Of a stretch of DNA of 64,000 bases, positions 37,844 to 51,991 are shown one piece after another. Below the pieces are notes generated by a model, which did not search any database, had not been told where the DNA came from, and worked only from the letters and a program-made list of their open reading frames with translations. Made by a program: the position numbers and the translations under genes. Numbering within the stretch: position 1 is the first letter of the stretch; every line of letters begins with the position of its first letter. The DNA lies in contig RBZT01000633.1 of the NCBI GenBank assembly GCA_003693705.1, forward strand, positions 207,280 through 271,279, written 5' to 3'. Source of the DNA: Polymyxa betae A26-41 (lineage: Eukaryota > Protista > Endomyxa: Phytomyxea).

Positions 37844-40800
37844 ATGCGAAACGAATTTAGGCCAAGATCGGTAGCCTCAACGAGGGGTCAAAACGGCAAC
37901 GATGTACCATTTTCTGGCATCAACATCGTCGATGATGGGTACGATTTTGAAAGTGGGCTAACTTCGAAAATGGTATCCACACAGCTGCTACCGCTCTGAT
38001 GGTCTGCTATCCCCTAATCGCTCACTTTTTTCTCAGGGGTATTCCTCCAAAGATTATTCTACCGAGAAGTTCGACCAATATATGATGATGCTGTGTATCG
38101 TTTGCTTCGTCTGTATCTTTTTTGGGTTATTTGCTATTTCTGGAACTGGCAAACTCGTCGTCTGTTTCGTTATGTTGGTCTGTGCTGGAAGTTTCTATTT
38201 CTGCTCATACCTGATGAAATGGATTATGTCGAAAGACTCGGGTTCTCCTCAAATGCGCGTGATCTCTGATGCCATCCAGGAAGGCTCAGAAGGTTCATCA
38301 AAGGACTTATATCACAACGAGTAGCACTGATCACCCATATTAGGATTTCTACGAACACAATATTCAGCGATCGGTTATATGGCTGTACTTGTTGCTGCCG
38401 TCCTGTTTATTATCTATCTATTTCGTGAACAATCTTCTGCTTCAGTTGGATCTTTTACTCTTGCCTTCGTAACAGCGCTTTCCTTTCTATTAGGTACATA
38501 GGTGCCAATAACTATCAGAACTTAACTTAACCTTGAGCAGGATCATTTTGTTCTGCTATGGCCGGCTTTGTTGGAGTTTGGGTTTCAGTTCGTATTAACA
38601 TACGGGTGGCAAGTGCTGCAGCAAACCATAACTATTCAGGTATTTGACTCTCAAGATATTATTTTGTTATAGTTATACGTTATAGATGCTCTGCGGTTAT
38701 CATTCCGAGGTGGCGCTGTGTCATCTGTCCTATCTGCAGCTATGTGTATCACTGGATTGTGTGCACTTTACATTTGCTTTCATCTATTGTTTGTTGTTTT
38801 TGGAGGTGATCGTCATTGCTTTTTCCCTTTGAATCGGTTACCAATTATCCGGTTTCAGGAGTGCCTCCACAACAAATCCCCATGATGATGGGCGGGTATG
38901 GCTTTGGAGCCTCATTTGTCGCCCTATTCATGCAACTTGGTGGTGGTATTTACACCAAAGTATATTATATTTGCTACTGTTATCGTTTCGCTAACCGGAA
39001 ATAAATAGGCTGCAGATGTTGGTGCTGATATGGTCGGTAAAGTTGAAAGAGATATTCCTGAAGATGATCCCAGAAATCCTGCTGTGATCGCTGATCTGGG
39101 TAACTCTCGGCCCATTTGCTTTGCTTGTATGTCAACGTTCTTAGTGGGCGATAATGTCGGAGACTGTGCTGGCTCGATGGCAGACGTATTCGAAAGCATT
39201 GCAGCAGAAATCATAGGTCTTTATGTCTGTAGTTTTTCAATTTATTGGTTACGCTGCATATAAGGTACCATGATTTTGGCAGGGTCATTGGCCTATAAGT
39301 CGAATCTGGATTCTCCTGAGAATTTCATCTTCTTTCCACTAGTTATCCATGCATTAGACTTGATTATCAGTGGGATTGGCATAATGTTAGTTCGCAGTGA
39401 AAACGACCGAGAGGTGATATACGACTTTAGCCGTTAGAACCTAAACTCAAATCTTTTGTAGGATCCTCTTTTATCTATGAAAAGAGCATACGGTTTATGT
39501 ATTGGAATCGCTGTGGTTTCCTTCTTCATTATGACCCGATTGCTTCTGTATGATCGCTCTGCTCCCAGTGCTTGGTGGCACTATGGACTCTGTGGGCTTG
39601 TCGGCATTATCTGTTCATATCTCTTAGTGGTTAGTTGCCTGATGCGTTTCTTTTATTGTAATGTAAACTGTGTTAGATCACAACACAGTATTACACTGAT
39701 TACTCTCACTCGCCTGTCAAGAAAATTGCTGCTGCATCTGCCACGGGTCATGGTACTAATATTATAGCTGGGATCTCTGTTGGAATGGAATCTACGGCTC
39801 TTCCTGTTGTTATTATTTCAGTATCGCTTCTGGCTTCTTATGGCTTAGGGGCCACATCTGGTTTTACAAGCAATACTTCGGTCTGCTGCGCGTTTTACCA
39901 GATGATAATGTTTGAAAATTGATCTGTAGGGCCTATTCGGAGTTGCAATTGCAACGATGGGAATGCTTTGTACTGCTGTTTTTATTCTCTCAATGAACAA
40001 TTTCGGCCCCATTGCTGACAATGCTGGTGGAATTGTCGAAATGAGTGAGCAACCCGAATCTGCTCGAAAGATTACAGATCGATTAGATGCAGTTGGCAAT
40101 GTCACAAAAGCTGCAACTAAGGGGTATTATTGCACTTTTGTCTGATCTTATCTGTAATTGTTAAGCTCCTCTCTTAGGTACGCTGTTGGTGGCTCTGCTC
40201 TAGCGTGTTTTGTGTTATTTCAAGCTTTTCTGGATGAAATTAACGAGTTCGCTAAGACTCCATTACATGTTGTTGACATTGCCAAGATTGAAGTCATTAT
40301 CGGTGGCATGATAGGGATCGGATTGGTTTTTCTCTTTACTGGTTGGGCTATTGATGCTGTTGGTCGTACTGCCCAGGAAGTGGTCGGTATCTTTCTTGAT
40401 ATCTATCATTATCAATTCAAAAATATCAATGCTAGGTATGGGAAGTTCGAAGGCAGTTTAAAGAGAATCCAGGAATAATGGAACGAAAAACCAAACCTGA
40501 ATATGGCAAATGTGTTCAAATTGTTACCAGAGCTGCACTCAGAGAGATGATTCGACCTGCAAGTCTTGTATGTTCTTAGGCTTCACCGTTCTGTAATTCT
40601 CTGATAATAACTTATAGGCGCTGTTCTGCCCGATGGTCATTGGAGTCTGTTTCAAATGGATTGGGAACGCAACTGGAAGACCTTTACTTGGTGTTGAAGT
40701 TCTGGCATCATTCCTACTTTTCTGTACATTAACTGGACTTGTAATGGCCATTTTTCTGGATAACAGTGGAGGCGCCTGGGATAATTGCAAAAAATTGATC

Positions 40801-40965
40801 GAATCAACTGGCGGGAAAGGGAGCGAAGTACATAAAGCGGCCGTAACTGGTGACACTGTTGGCGATCCATTCAAAGATACAGCTGGCCCAGCATTGCATG
40901 TCATCATTACAACAATGTCAACCACAGCCCTAGTCCTTGGGCCAATGTTTATTGGATCAGAATAA
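37844..40965 (+). CDS. Membrane H+-translocating pyrophosphatase, K+-independent (type II), multi-exon
   Basis: [20 protein letters not shown]; DNVGDCAG; GPIADNAGG; [10 protein letters not shown]; GGAWDNCKK; [10 protein letters not shown]. Confidence 0.97.
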
Positions 40966-40997
40966 AGAGCACATATCTTTGTACAATGGGGACTTAT

Positions 40998-41510
40998 TTA
41001 ATGGCTATACTTCCAAACAGCTGCAATAGCAGCAGGAACAACAATCGCAACAACATACACGTATTTCCAGATACCTACATCGCCACTCTCTGCGACAAGC
41101 TTGGATCCTAGTTTCCTCGCTTCCTTGTTCCTCTTGAGCCCTGCTTTGAAGACATCCGATGGGTCTTTAACCTCAGCACCCTATGAAGTTTTTAAGATGT
41201 GAACGTAAAAGTTAGCAGTGAATAACCTCGAGAACGCCCACAAGCAGGGTCTTTAACTGATCTCGCGCAGGCAGAGAATGATTCATATCTTCAAAATCCT
41301 CAGTGGCATCGCCACCAGCATGATTAAGAACAATATCGGGACCGCCTGGATGATCTTCAACGAAACTTGTTACATTATAGACATTACCATGGATGCTAAT
41401 CCATGCGTCCTTTTCAGTGTTATGCTGCTTCAGCTCGTCCTGACCGCAATCAGCATTGACGAGCACAATAAGACGAGCTGACTGACCTGCGTGATTATTC
41501 TGGATGCCAT
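40998..41510 (-). CDS. Tail-anchored cytochrome b5, 3 exons
   Basis: HNTEKDAWISIHGNVYNVT..HPGG..DATEDFEDMNHS; C-terminal TM YVYVVAIVVPAAIAAVW. Confidence 0.95.
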
Positions 41511-42078
41511 TGCTGGGGTTGATGTAAATGGCAGAGACTTGGCAATTAAGGAATGATTGGAATGAGGATGGACGGATGGCGTGATAAGTCTGCAGCAGCA
41601 ACAGAGCAAACCCTGTATATATATATCATCAGGGCTGCGTCCGGGATTTCTCAAACATCAAACGCATCAGCACATTCACATTGCCGTTTGTTACCATGTA
41701 GGTTTCATCTGCCAAGACCCAAACCATATAACACTAGAGTATTGGGTCAATAGACAAGGGTCTCCTCTATCAACATTTATATAATGAAGAGCTATTTATG
41801 TAAACACAGATATTTCTATCATACAGCGCAGGCAATCTTAAACCGACGACTTGTATCCATTTATTTTAAGGGGTTGCGCAGGAGTCCGCCCCAATGGAGA
41901 AAGAAAATTTTGAAGACCTTTTTGCTTTTTAACTTCAAATTTTGTAGATGTGGACATAGACAAGTCTGCCGAAGCGCCGTCTGCATCAGCTTTTGAATTC
42001 AGGATGATATTGATTCGACCCACGTACTACTGTTTGCTGCCGTTGTTTATTTGATTCACCAGTTATCAACTAACCAGA

Positions 42079-43717
42079 ATGAGGTCGATTTATCTTGAAT
42101 AGCGTTGCTCGAATTGTAATTGACGCTACACTTCAGACTTGAATATTAGTACCTAACCTTTGCATTGTAGTTGTCCCTTCAGCCGGTCGCTGCGGCGTCT
42201 GTCATCAATACTTCGGACTCTCGTTGATGACGATGTTGATGAAGATGACGAAGAACAGACCATGGAAACGTCCCTCAATCCCTCCAAGACCATATTCTAG
42301 ACATTAGGCGGAAAATCCAATCTTTTTACACTAGTTGACGACGATGAATCAGAAGTATGTTTTCAATAGTCGTCATTTACTTTCTAAAATATTGTTTTGT
42401 AGTGTTCGGGGTCGTCTTTGACTATGGCTTTACAGTTAATTACAGCCAAAGTTTTGCAGTGTAATCAGGATGAGGATGATACCATTGAACAACCGTTAGT
42501 CATAGCAAAATCATCTGTCCAGAGCCTGTTATAATCAATGTGATAACATCGCTGCAATCGGAGGAGTTTTCTTCGAACTTTATTACAACCACTTCCAAGT
42601 CGCCTGATAAGCCAAAAGATAGACCAGCTCAGCGATTGTTGACATTTCCTCCCTCAGAAGAGGGAATCAATTTCTCTATCTCGACACCTCCAGAGACAGC
42701 GTCTGCTGAACTTGATCAATTTGAGCTTCTATCACCCGCACGTCGAATCATTTATCATGACCATACCACTGAATGACGCGAAATATTCGACTTTATATTG
42801 GCACGATTGTCATCGGTGGAGATGACGGCAATAAGACAGTTGATTGACTCGATTGGGATTCCAAATGACAGAGCATGAGGCGAAGGTCGCCATGGAGCTT
42901 AAAGCGTAATCTCAATATTAAAGGGGGAATGCAGATGTGATGACTAACAGGTTCAGCGATGTATCTCTGGACGCCGCCGACAGCGTGGTCGAGCTGGCCC
43001 GAGCCCTGTTGCACAGACAAGTCCAGCACAAAATGCGCGTTCCGGATCCCGGGCAGCGCCCAATCTGGCCCGACGTACTGAATGAGAACTTCGACAGTCA
43101 GCAACGTCGCGATTACCGTTTATGGGCGCTGCTGTTGACAGGTCTGGTCAACTCCGGTGATATTGGAGGCCAACACCTATTTTCTTACTTCAGTAACTAT
43201 CTCAAAGAGTGCGAAACACGTTTTTTTTTCACGAAATTATTCTTCACAAAATGAAAGATTTACAAGATTTTAACGTATTTTCAGTTGAAGTATTTTTTTG
43301 TCAAATATTTTCTCTAGATGGCGTGACGACTCATTTTTTAGTTTTCGTGAAGTCTTTTCAACAAATGTGTCGCTCTGACCGTTTTCAGGTTACCCAAGAT
43401 CAATTCAGACCAATTTGCGAACTTCGCTGACGGATGCACCATTCTTGTGTCATCAGCCAAAGCCAAATTCAAGCCCCATTATCCAGACGTTCTTGGTAAA
43501 TTTCGAGCTAGCCGCTAATACCAAGATGTCTCACATCAATTGGGCAAAAGTCTTCAAAAATTATCAAAGCCCTGAAGATGAGCATATGCGACTTCTTATA
43601 AATCTGGGAACCTTCATGTTGTCCAAGCTCGTCTTCCAGCCACATCAACTGCTTCAGATCAAGAATCTGCATAAGCAACTTAACATTCCGATGGATGCTG
43701 ACCTCTTTCTCCAGTGA
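42079..43717 (+). pseudogene. Hypothetical gene with disrupted acidic N-terminal half and intact-looking helical C-terminal exons
   Basis: Frame changes and stops between about 42500 and 42870; exons about 42951-43219 and 43389-43717 splice in frame; start approximate. Confidence 0.4.
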
Positions 43718-45160
43718 TATGAAAACCGTTCCCGATCTATCATCCGCTTGAAATCTGCTGTTTTAAGAATATAAATTTTTCTCTCTCATCTTTAATACAT
43801 CTCGATGGTTTTAGTTGTTACCGACGCTGCTTACGAATTTGTTGTAAATTCGTTGGCAACCGCTGTATGGTGTTGATCCATGTTGCTATCAGGGTAAAAG
43901 CTCACATTTGTAGAAGTCGATAGGATAACCTGTTTCTTCTCATCGTTAGACCTCGCAGCGTTCCGCATTCTTGAACCGAAATAAATAAACGTTGTTTACT
44001 GAGTTTCTAAACGTCCATTTCTGTCATTTTATCAAATGTTGTCATGGAAATTTGTTATATGTGATTCCAAGGCGCACGATCGGTTCCTGAAGCTCTAAAA
44101 GGCCCTGTAGCAGCGATGTTTGTTTGCCATAGCTGCTTAAATATTTGATGACCTCCAGCATAGAGATAACGACAAGTGATGATATAACACAGATCAATAT
44201 GAAGAATTCCGACCTTCAACTTGATTAGATTTGACACCATGAACGATTTAACCAGTTGATATAATTAGTACATCTAGATGACGACTTTTAATAAGAGATG
44301 TGTCATAGACTATGTGCAGCATCGATTGACTTCACGATTAGATTCAATAAAGGCCAGAATGATCTTCGATCATCCTTTAAGCAATTCATCGCAGAGCTTG
44401 AACGTCTCACAATTACAGAGGCAAGTGCTCGATAAACTCCATTGATTATGAGAATCTGTTTGTGCTGCTGACCAACGAGATTCCCATCGCAATCCCTCTG
44501 GAATCAGGTGAATGAATTCCGCACGACCAATATCAATATGTGAGTTTGCTCTTCCAATTTTAATGCCTCTTCAGCCGTCTCCGTTCGATGTCAAGATGTG
44601 GTATTTAGGTCGATTCGGATGAATATGTTTTCAGATCGTTTGAGATGCTGTGAATGTCGCTCACTGAATATTCACTGTCTACAAGTGATATGAGGTTGTT
44701 TGATTCTCCCTGATTATTGTGTAGTAGAATATTGGCAGATTTAATGAATCATCATAACAAATGGGCAGTTGATGTCCTTGTATCACAGTTTCTGGTCTAA
44801 TTCGATTTCTGTATTTGTAGGAAAATGTTGTATCAATCTGACTGCATATTCTATAATACAATTGGGCCAACCAAACACCTGGTCTACAACCGACGTATCA
44901 GCGGGAGATATAAGAACAACTCAACTTGATTGAGCAGCTATGGAAGGTCCCAGGGTTCGTATCGCAGCTGTCTTAAAAAAATCTCGTTTCTTCCTAAGCT
45001 CGAGATTTCGCAATTTACGTGGTTAAATTCTGTTGTTGGGCCCAAAGACCTCTGAGTACCACTCCTCGGTTGAACATTGCCTGCACTGTAGGTTGGTGAA
45101 AAATGTAGTAATTGCTACAATGATACATTGATGAATAGAATACACAGTATATAATTTAAA

Positions 45161-47852
45161 TTAAACGGTCATTTCAACGTCAAGCCTGGAGTCGGAAGCG
45201 GGAGCAGCAGCGTCGGTGAAGAATTGCTGATTGGAATTGGAGTCAACAACATCGTTGATTCCAGGCCCTAAATCTTCGTTTCCAGGCGCTGCATCTTCGT
45301 TTGTAGGAGCTACATCTTCGTTTCCAGGCGCTGCATCGTTGTTTTCAGGCAGTTCAGAATTCGGGATGTCTGAAGAAGATTCCGATTTCTGTAAAGGAAG
45401 GGGTTCAAGTTGCGGTTCTGGATTTGATGACTGAGGTGTTCTAGGAGGCGGAAGAGGAATTGAATTCGAAACTGAAGCAGCGGCTGCTGCTTTTGCAGCT
45501 CGAACGACAGCCATATGAGATGGCGCTGCCAGATTTTTAGCATTCAGCGCATTTTCGTAGCTGATTTTCTCAAATTCGATCGTCCAACGAAGTTTCTTCG
45601 CCGTAATCAAGTCTTGACGTCCCGCATCGATCTGCTTCAGTCTCAAGAAGCATGCAGCTGCAACAAATGAATTTCCAAAGCAAATTACGGGCGCAAATCA
45701 GAACCTCGTCTTTCATAGGGACTGGGATCAGCTGGGTTAAGCTGAATACAATCTGTATAGTCACGAACAGCAGCTTCAACATCGCCCAGTTGTAGATAGG
45801 TTTGTGCTCGCCCAATATACAGCTCCGGGTTCTGTCGATCATGTTGTAGAGAATTTGTCCAACATTTAAGAGCCTCGTTCCATTTGTGCTGTTGACAGAG
45901 AGTCTTAGCTCGCTCACAGTACCTGGGAGAAGGATTAGAGCATAAATGGAGCAGAAGGAGTGAGTAATACCCTGCAGGGTTTTCTGGTGCCAAACGGACT
46001 ACTTCTTGATAATATTTATCAGCATTTTCGTAATCGTTGTTGTAGAAATATTGTTTCCCTAAGTTGTAATATGCTTTTACCATTTCCGGATTCATATCTG
46101 CAACCTGGAAACAGTTTTAATTACAGTGAGGTCATGAATATCATTGTAAGCAAGACCTTAAGCCAATCTTCAATGCTTTTATCAAATCGCTTTAGCTGTG
46201 AATATGCAGTCCCTCTGGACATAAACGCGAACGAGTTGGCTGGCTGAACAAAGCATTCTGTTAATAGCTGAAACCCATTCAGAAATCTAAACCGCACCTG
46301 TTGCTCAATGACAAATGTGAAATCTTCAATAGCCTTATCGTATTCTCCCATCTGTGCCCACCAAACACCACGATTTTGATAAGCAGAGATGCATTGTTCA
46401 CCACTAGATAAGCGAATAAATGCAGTAGCATCATTGACCGCCAGATCTAATCGTTTCAGATGGGCGTATAGAACAGACCGATGCCCATAAGCTAATGGTA
46501 CGCTCTGTATATTCATATCAGTAAATAGCCACAGCTTAACAATATGGAATATTACAGGTGCAATTGATACAGCCATACTGTAATCTGCTAATGCTGAGTC
46601 GAACTCACCGATCTGAACGTATGATCGGCCACGAAGTGTCAGACACTCATAATCAGCTCGAACTGCCAAGGCCCGATTGAAAGCTCGAATAGCCTGTAAA
46701 TCAGTAAATGAAAACCTAAGTCCAGGGTCCATATTAAGGATATAACCTGTGGAATTCGCTGTGTATCAGCAAAGATCAAACCAGCACGCCTATTAGCAAT
46801 GACATGTTTCGGATCTATCTCGAGCGCCTTCTGGCAGTCGTTCAGGGCCAGATCATACTGACGCCGATCCACGTACATAGCTGAACGACCAATATAGACA
46901 GAGATTTCCTGATCATGTGGCACTTAATCAAGCATCAATCAACAGATAGATCGGCTTACATTTGGGTCAAGATTCTGAACTGTCTCGTAGTCTTGAAGAG
47001 CCAAATCAGCCCGATTAATGGTAGCATAAGATTTGGCTCTGAGCACAAGAGCACCAATCTGTAACTTACCAACTGGGGTCAACTGCAATGAAGAGGCGAA
47101 ATCTCTGCCATCGATCTCAGCCAAAGATAACCCATTAGATAGCTGCTTAGATACCCGATGGCAGCCAAATGATCGCCTGAAAGCTGTAAAGCTCGAGCTC
47201 GAAACACGAGCACTTTGGCGAGTTCAGCATCGGGCTCGATATGTTCCTCATCGATCACCATAGCATCAGGCGTCTTCTCAGCAGCATCAGCTTCCTTCAC
47301 TGGTGATTTAATCATCTCGGCTTTCATAGGAGATCGCGACCTCGATCTTGATTTCGATCGTGTTCTTCGGGTCTTCTCTTCTGGTTCTGTCTCTTCGGCG
47401 GCTTCAGTATCCTCGTTGGAAGGCTCAGCTTCATCTTTCTGATCTTCGTTTGGAGCTGATAGGTCTAAGTCATGGTCTATTGGATCTATTTCTCTTTCTG
47501 GGACAGGTGGAGGTGGCGGTATCCTGGCATCTTTCAATGCTTCGTTTAGCCAATAGATAGCTGCTGGCAACGCTTGAGCTTTCAGACAAAATGCTCCGCG
47601 TTTGAAGGCATCTTTCGGATCAGTAGCTGTTCCGACGCCTTTGAGCCATTCCTGACTTTCGTTTTCCGAGATAGGTTCAGGCACAGGAGCATCGGCAACC
47701 GGTTCAGCAGTTTCATGGGAATTTAAACCCTCCTCAGGCCGAGACATTTCAGGTACAACAGCACCGGCATCAACAGCTGCAACTCCATCACTCTGTTCAT
47801 CCACTATGCCATCGCCTAATGGCGGCGGCGACGGCTGTGGCTCTGTCTCCAT
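45161..47852 (-). CDS. TPR-repeat protein with acidic low-complexity termini, multi-exon
   Basis: Many TPR units (AYQNRGVWWAQMGEYDKAIEDFT; AYYNLGKQY...; LYIGRAQTYLQLGDVEAAVRDYT). Confidence 0.9.
45271..45340. repeat. 21-bp coding minisatellite (about 3.5 units, NEDAAPG-like heptapeptide) in the TPR gene tail
   Basis: ATCTTCGTTTCCAGGCGCTGC and variants in tandem. Confidence 0.8.
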
Positions 47853-48253
47853 AGAAAGAAAATTAAAAATTCGAAGATGTTATATTCAAAAGGCGCAACG
47901 TCAAAATTGCGTAGTTTTTGTTAAGAGCTCGTTGAGAGTTGGATTGCTGTAATCGGATTTGATTTAGAACGATAAAGGGCCTCTACGCTAGGCGAGAGGG
48001 ACTGTGTTATCAATTATAGAGATCATCAAAGTACCTATGATATTACTCTATGGTATTTTAATTCTATCAAAAAGCAAGCCCATCAATACAAAGAATCAGT
48101 TGCAAATAGCTACCAGATCTACTCGTAAATAACGGCATTCAATATACCTCGCTTACATAAAACACATTCAACTGGATAGTCAAAATCAATTTGGCCTTTT
48201 TTCGAAGACAGCAGCCGACAGTACAAATAACCTAATTTTTATGAGATTTGAGT

Positions 48254-48697
48254 TTAGAAACAACCGCCGATCTGGTTTGTCATGGCGTCAATTTCGTCTT
48301 CGTCTACCATATCAAGCTGTCACAGATTTTAAAGGCCAGTTGCATACAAGACAATCACATACTTCAGCGGGCGTTTGGTTCTCCTGAAGTCTGTTTCCAT
48401 CGAAAAGGAAGATTATGCTATCGGAGATTCATCAACAAGTAAAAAAATGTATAAAGAGCAGCCATACTTATCCTTGCCGGATCGCTTCTTGAACGCATCC
48501 ATTAGCTTCTTCAACGGCGTCGTCTTCTTCACCTTGAAGAAGACCGCGTTACCATCTTGACTTTTGACCTAAAATCATCACTTAATGAAAACCAAACAAT
48601 AATCTAATAAAATTTCAACTTTCAAGTTCAGGTGCTCGCCATCTCCAGCGGCGTCATCCTTAACTGGGGCCGGTTTCTTGTCTTCGTTGTCGCTCAT
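48254..48697 (-). CDS. SUMO: SUMO, 4 exons (absent from the ORF track)
   Basis: Spliced product MSDNEDKK...[32 protein letters not shown]...[36 protein letters not shown]. Confidence 0.96.
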
Positions 48698-49318
48698 CTA
48701 CACCAAAATGTTCAGAACTGCATTCCATGCGGCGGCAATCAGCTGGCAATTACGGCTGTACAATTTGTGTGGTGGGCGCCGGGACTGTTGTTAAACAAGC
48801 AGGAAGACAAGTTGTCTGGTCAATTAGATGGGATTGGCAGCAAGAAATGCGTAATGATGGAGGACTCACTCAATCCCCTCGTCGTGATACCAAAGATTGG
48901 ATTAAATTACTAATCGATATCACTCACATACATCAAATAAACGCTCGATTCGATCACTTAAACATTCCACATTCCGACACAAGTTCTGCTGGTATTGTTT
49001 TATAACAGGAACAATGGTGCAATAATCTTGACGCATTGCATTGCTGCCAGGTCTAACTGGCAGATCTTTCGGATTTCTAATCTAATTTCTTAGTTTCATC
49101 ACAGGTATTTCTGATCGCAGTCGTTATTCGACCCTTCAACTGAATCCCTAAGTATACGGAATGATAGAAAAAATATGGACTACTGACCCGACCCGACAGT
49201 GCTAGAAACCCTAGCATCGGTACGAAAGGTGACTCAAGGTCAGAAACGTAAATCTGTCTATGGGCAGGGTGAGACCTGTTATTGAGAAGAGACATTACAG
49301 ACAAGTACTCATCTGTCC

Positions 49319-51917
49319 ATGTCTCTTCATGATTCTGTATTCTTTGTAATCATCCCCTTGGTTCTCATACCAGTCTCACTCTTATTCTTTCGTCGAATCC
49401 AGGTATAGAAACATCGTGCTGACGAACGTTCATGATGGACGGATGGTGATCATTTGGGATTTAGGCTTTGAGACCTGCATTGATCTCAATATCATGGCTG
49501 CTTTGGATTCTCGTTTCAATCCTGAACATTTCGTTGCAATGGCTTCTCGTTATGTGGACCTCTATGCGAATTTTCCTGACTATGTTGTTCTTCGCTTGTC
49601 TAAAAGTGCTCGTCTCGCTGCTATCTGTTTTCGTTCTAGGCCTAGAGTTAGCTCACAACAATCATAAAGATCCATCAAAGTGGTCGGGCTTGTCAATTCC
49701 AAAACTGAATTTTATTTACATTCAATTTAGCAGCGAACAAGTACAAGCACAGCGTCTATTGCGGCTAAGAAGTCGCCTGCTAGAAGTGTCTGATTTTTCT
49801 GGTTTGCACAGAGGCGCTTTGAGATTTCTAACTTTGGCTCAATGCATTTTTTAGAATGGTGTAAACTTGCTTTGGAAATCGACGAACTATCAGGAATAGA
49901 TGGCTGGGCTTCGGTAAGAGATTCTGTTTTTGACATTCTGATTTTGATCGGACTAGAATCCAGAAAGCAAGTATTACGACCACGAATTGCTGCTGGCCAA
50001 TCTTGAAAATATCAAAAAAGCTCAGCGCAGCGAAAATATTCGAGATTTGATTTTTGTCCTACCTGGGTCGCTACAAAGGTCGCAAATTACGTTGATCATA
50101 TCGCTATCTAATCATCAAATCAGATCGTTCTGTGGTATTTCACATGACCGCCTATTTTCTCGGCGTCTGCTTGGAACCAAGCTCATCATCGAAGATTTTA
50201 TACTCGAGCTAGAGAAATCGATCGATATTGTCAAGAACAGCCGACAACTGTCATTTCAGGAAAAAATCTCTTTCTTTGACAGTGCAAGGTGTTAAACGTA
50301 AATTGCAACTTTCACATATTCTAACTGTCTACAACAGTTTAAGTATCGGACATACAGCTCTGTGTTTATCTGGCGGAGGATCCTTATCTATGTACCATAT
50401 GGGAGTGGTAAAAACTTTGTTGCAGCAGAACTTACTGCCCAAGTAAGTTCAATGACGAATCTTTCCGTCAATATTAAATGCTTTCTGCAGATACATCAGC
50501 GGAACTTCTGGAGGAAGTATTGTTTGTGCTGTAGTGGGTATGCATACAGATGAAGAGCTGCTTAACGACATCATACAACAAGATATCTCTAACCGTTATG
50601 GAGTGCAATGGTTCGAACCTATGGCCACTCAAATTCTCCATTTCGCCACACGTGGTGTTTTGATGGATAATTTATTCTTCGCTAAAACCTGCAAAGCCTG
50701 TAAGATGACCTATGTGATCTTCCTGCCTTTTCCAATTTATGTAGACTTTGGGGATATCACGTTCGAAGAAGCTTACAATCGGACTGGCCGGGTCATCACG
50801 ATAACCTTGACGAAATCTTCACGAAATGCTCAAAGTGTTGATGCCGATGTAGTTTTACTTAATCATGTCACTTCACCCCATGTGTTGCTTCGAAGGTTAT
50901 GGGTCTTTGCTTTAAATTATTGATTCTGCTGATGTGATCCGACAGTGCGGTCGAGGCTTCATGTGCATTACCAGGTTTGATGAATCCAGTAGAGCTTCTA
51001 GCCAAAGATAGCCAAGGGGTGATCAAAAAGTGCTAAATTCATTTTCACAGCATGCTTTTACGTGTATTTATGAGATCTTACTGTAGGTATTATCCCGATG
51101 GTGCTCGGTTTGTTGACGGGAGTTTGACAGCGGACGTTCCTATGAAGCGTTTATCTCAGCTATTTAACACAAGCCATTTCATCGTATCCCAAGTAAAGCA
51201 TCTTCCGATATTTGTTCTTTTTTACCCAATCTAGCTTCTTTTAGGTGAATCCTGTGAGGTCGTCCATTTTATGCTAAGGCAATATTACTGAGCCATGTTC
51301 TCAGCACATTGTCCCTTTTGCTTCCCGTATTAAAGGCGATTGTTGCCTGAGAAGAGATGGCGTTCTGTCGAAATTACTACGCCTAGCTATAAATGACCTA
51401 CAAAGCTCAGCACGGAAATTAGCCAAGCTTCGGTTAATTCCCAACCTGTTTGGACACGATATATCAGCTGTCCTTACCCAAAAGTTAATAATCCTTTAGA
51501 TCAAATATAGTCTTTGACCCTGCTCAGATATAGGGGTGACATCACGATTTATCCAAGACTTGGACTAGTTGATACGCTCAATGTGGTAATCCTGAATGAT
51601 TATTTAAAAGAAAAATCTGTTAATTTCCACTCAGCTGTCTCATCCGTCGGAATCGGATATGGCCAGATATATCAGGGAAGGGGAAAGGGCGATCTGGGAG
51701 CACATTCCCAGAATAAGACAGGTGCGTGCAAAAATTGCAGTTTCGGTTTGTTTACCCATCGCAGGTACTGAAAATCGAGTTTCGAATAAGATCGGTTCTG
51801 GAAGAGCTTCGCGTATCTTCAACTGCGATGTCGAAGCCAAAAACGCATTTATCTGCTGAAGGATTATGCAGAAATTGCTCTTCTCATCAATTGCATTTAG
51901 ACGCCCATCCAGCATGA
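49319..51917 (+). CDS. Patatin-like triacylglycerol lipase (SDP1/TGL3-5 family), multi-exon
   Basis: GHTALCLSGGGSLSMYHMGV; ISGTSGGS; TFEEAYNRTGR; ASCALPG; FVDGS; SHFIVSQVNP; YRGDITIYP. Confidence 0.93.
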
Positions 51918-51991
51918 AGCAAACCAAGAGGTCCTGATAAAAAGATAGATATATATTTATTAATACATCTGAAAGATATATATTGGAACAA

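Noticed and set aside
43900-44980. Protein-like fragments on both strands
   Set aside because: No consistent exon chain or recognisable family
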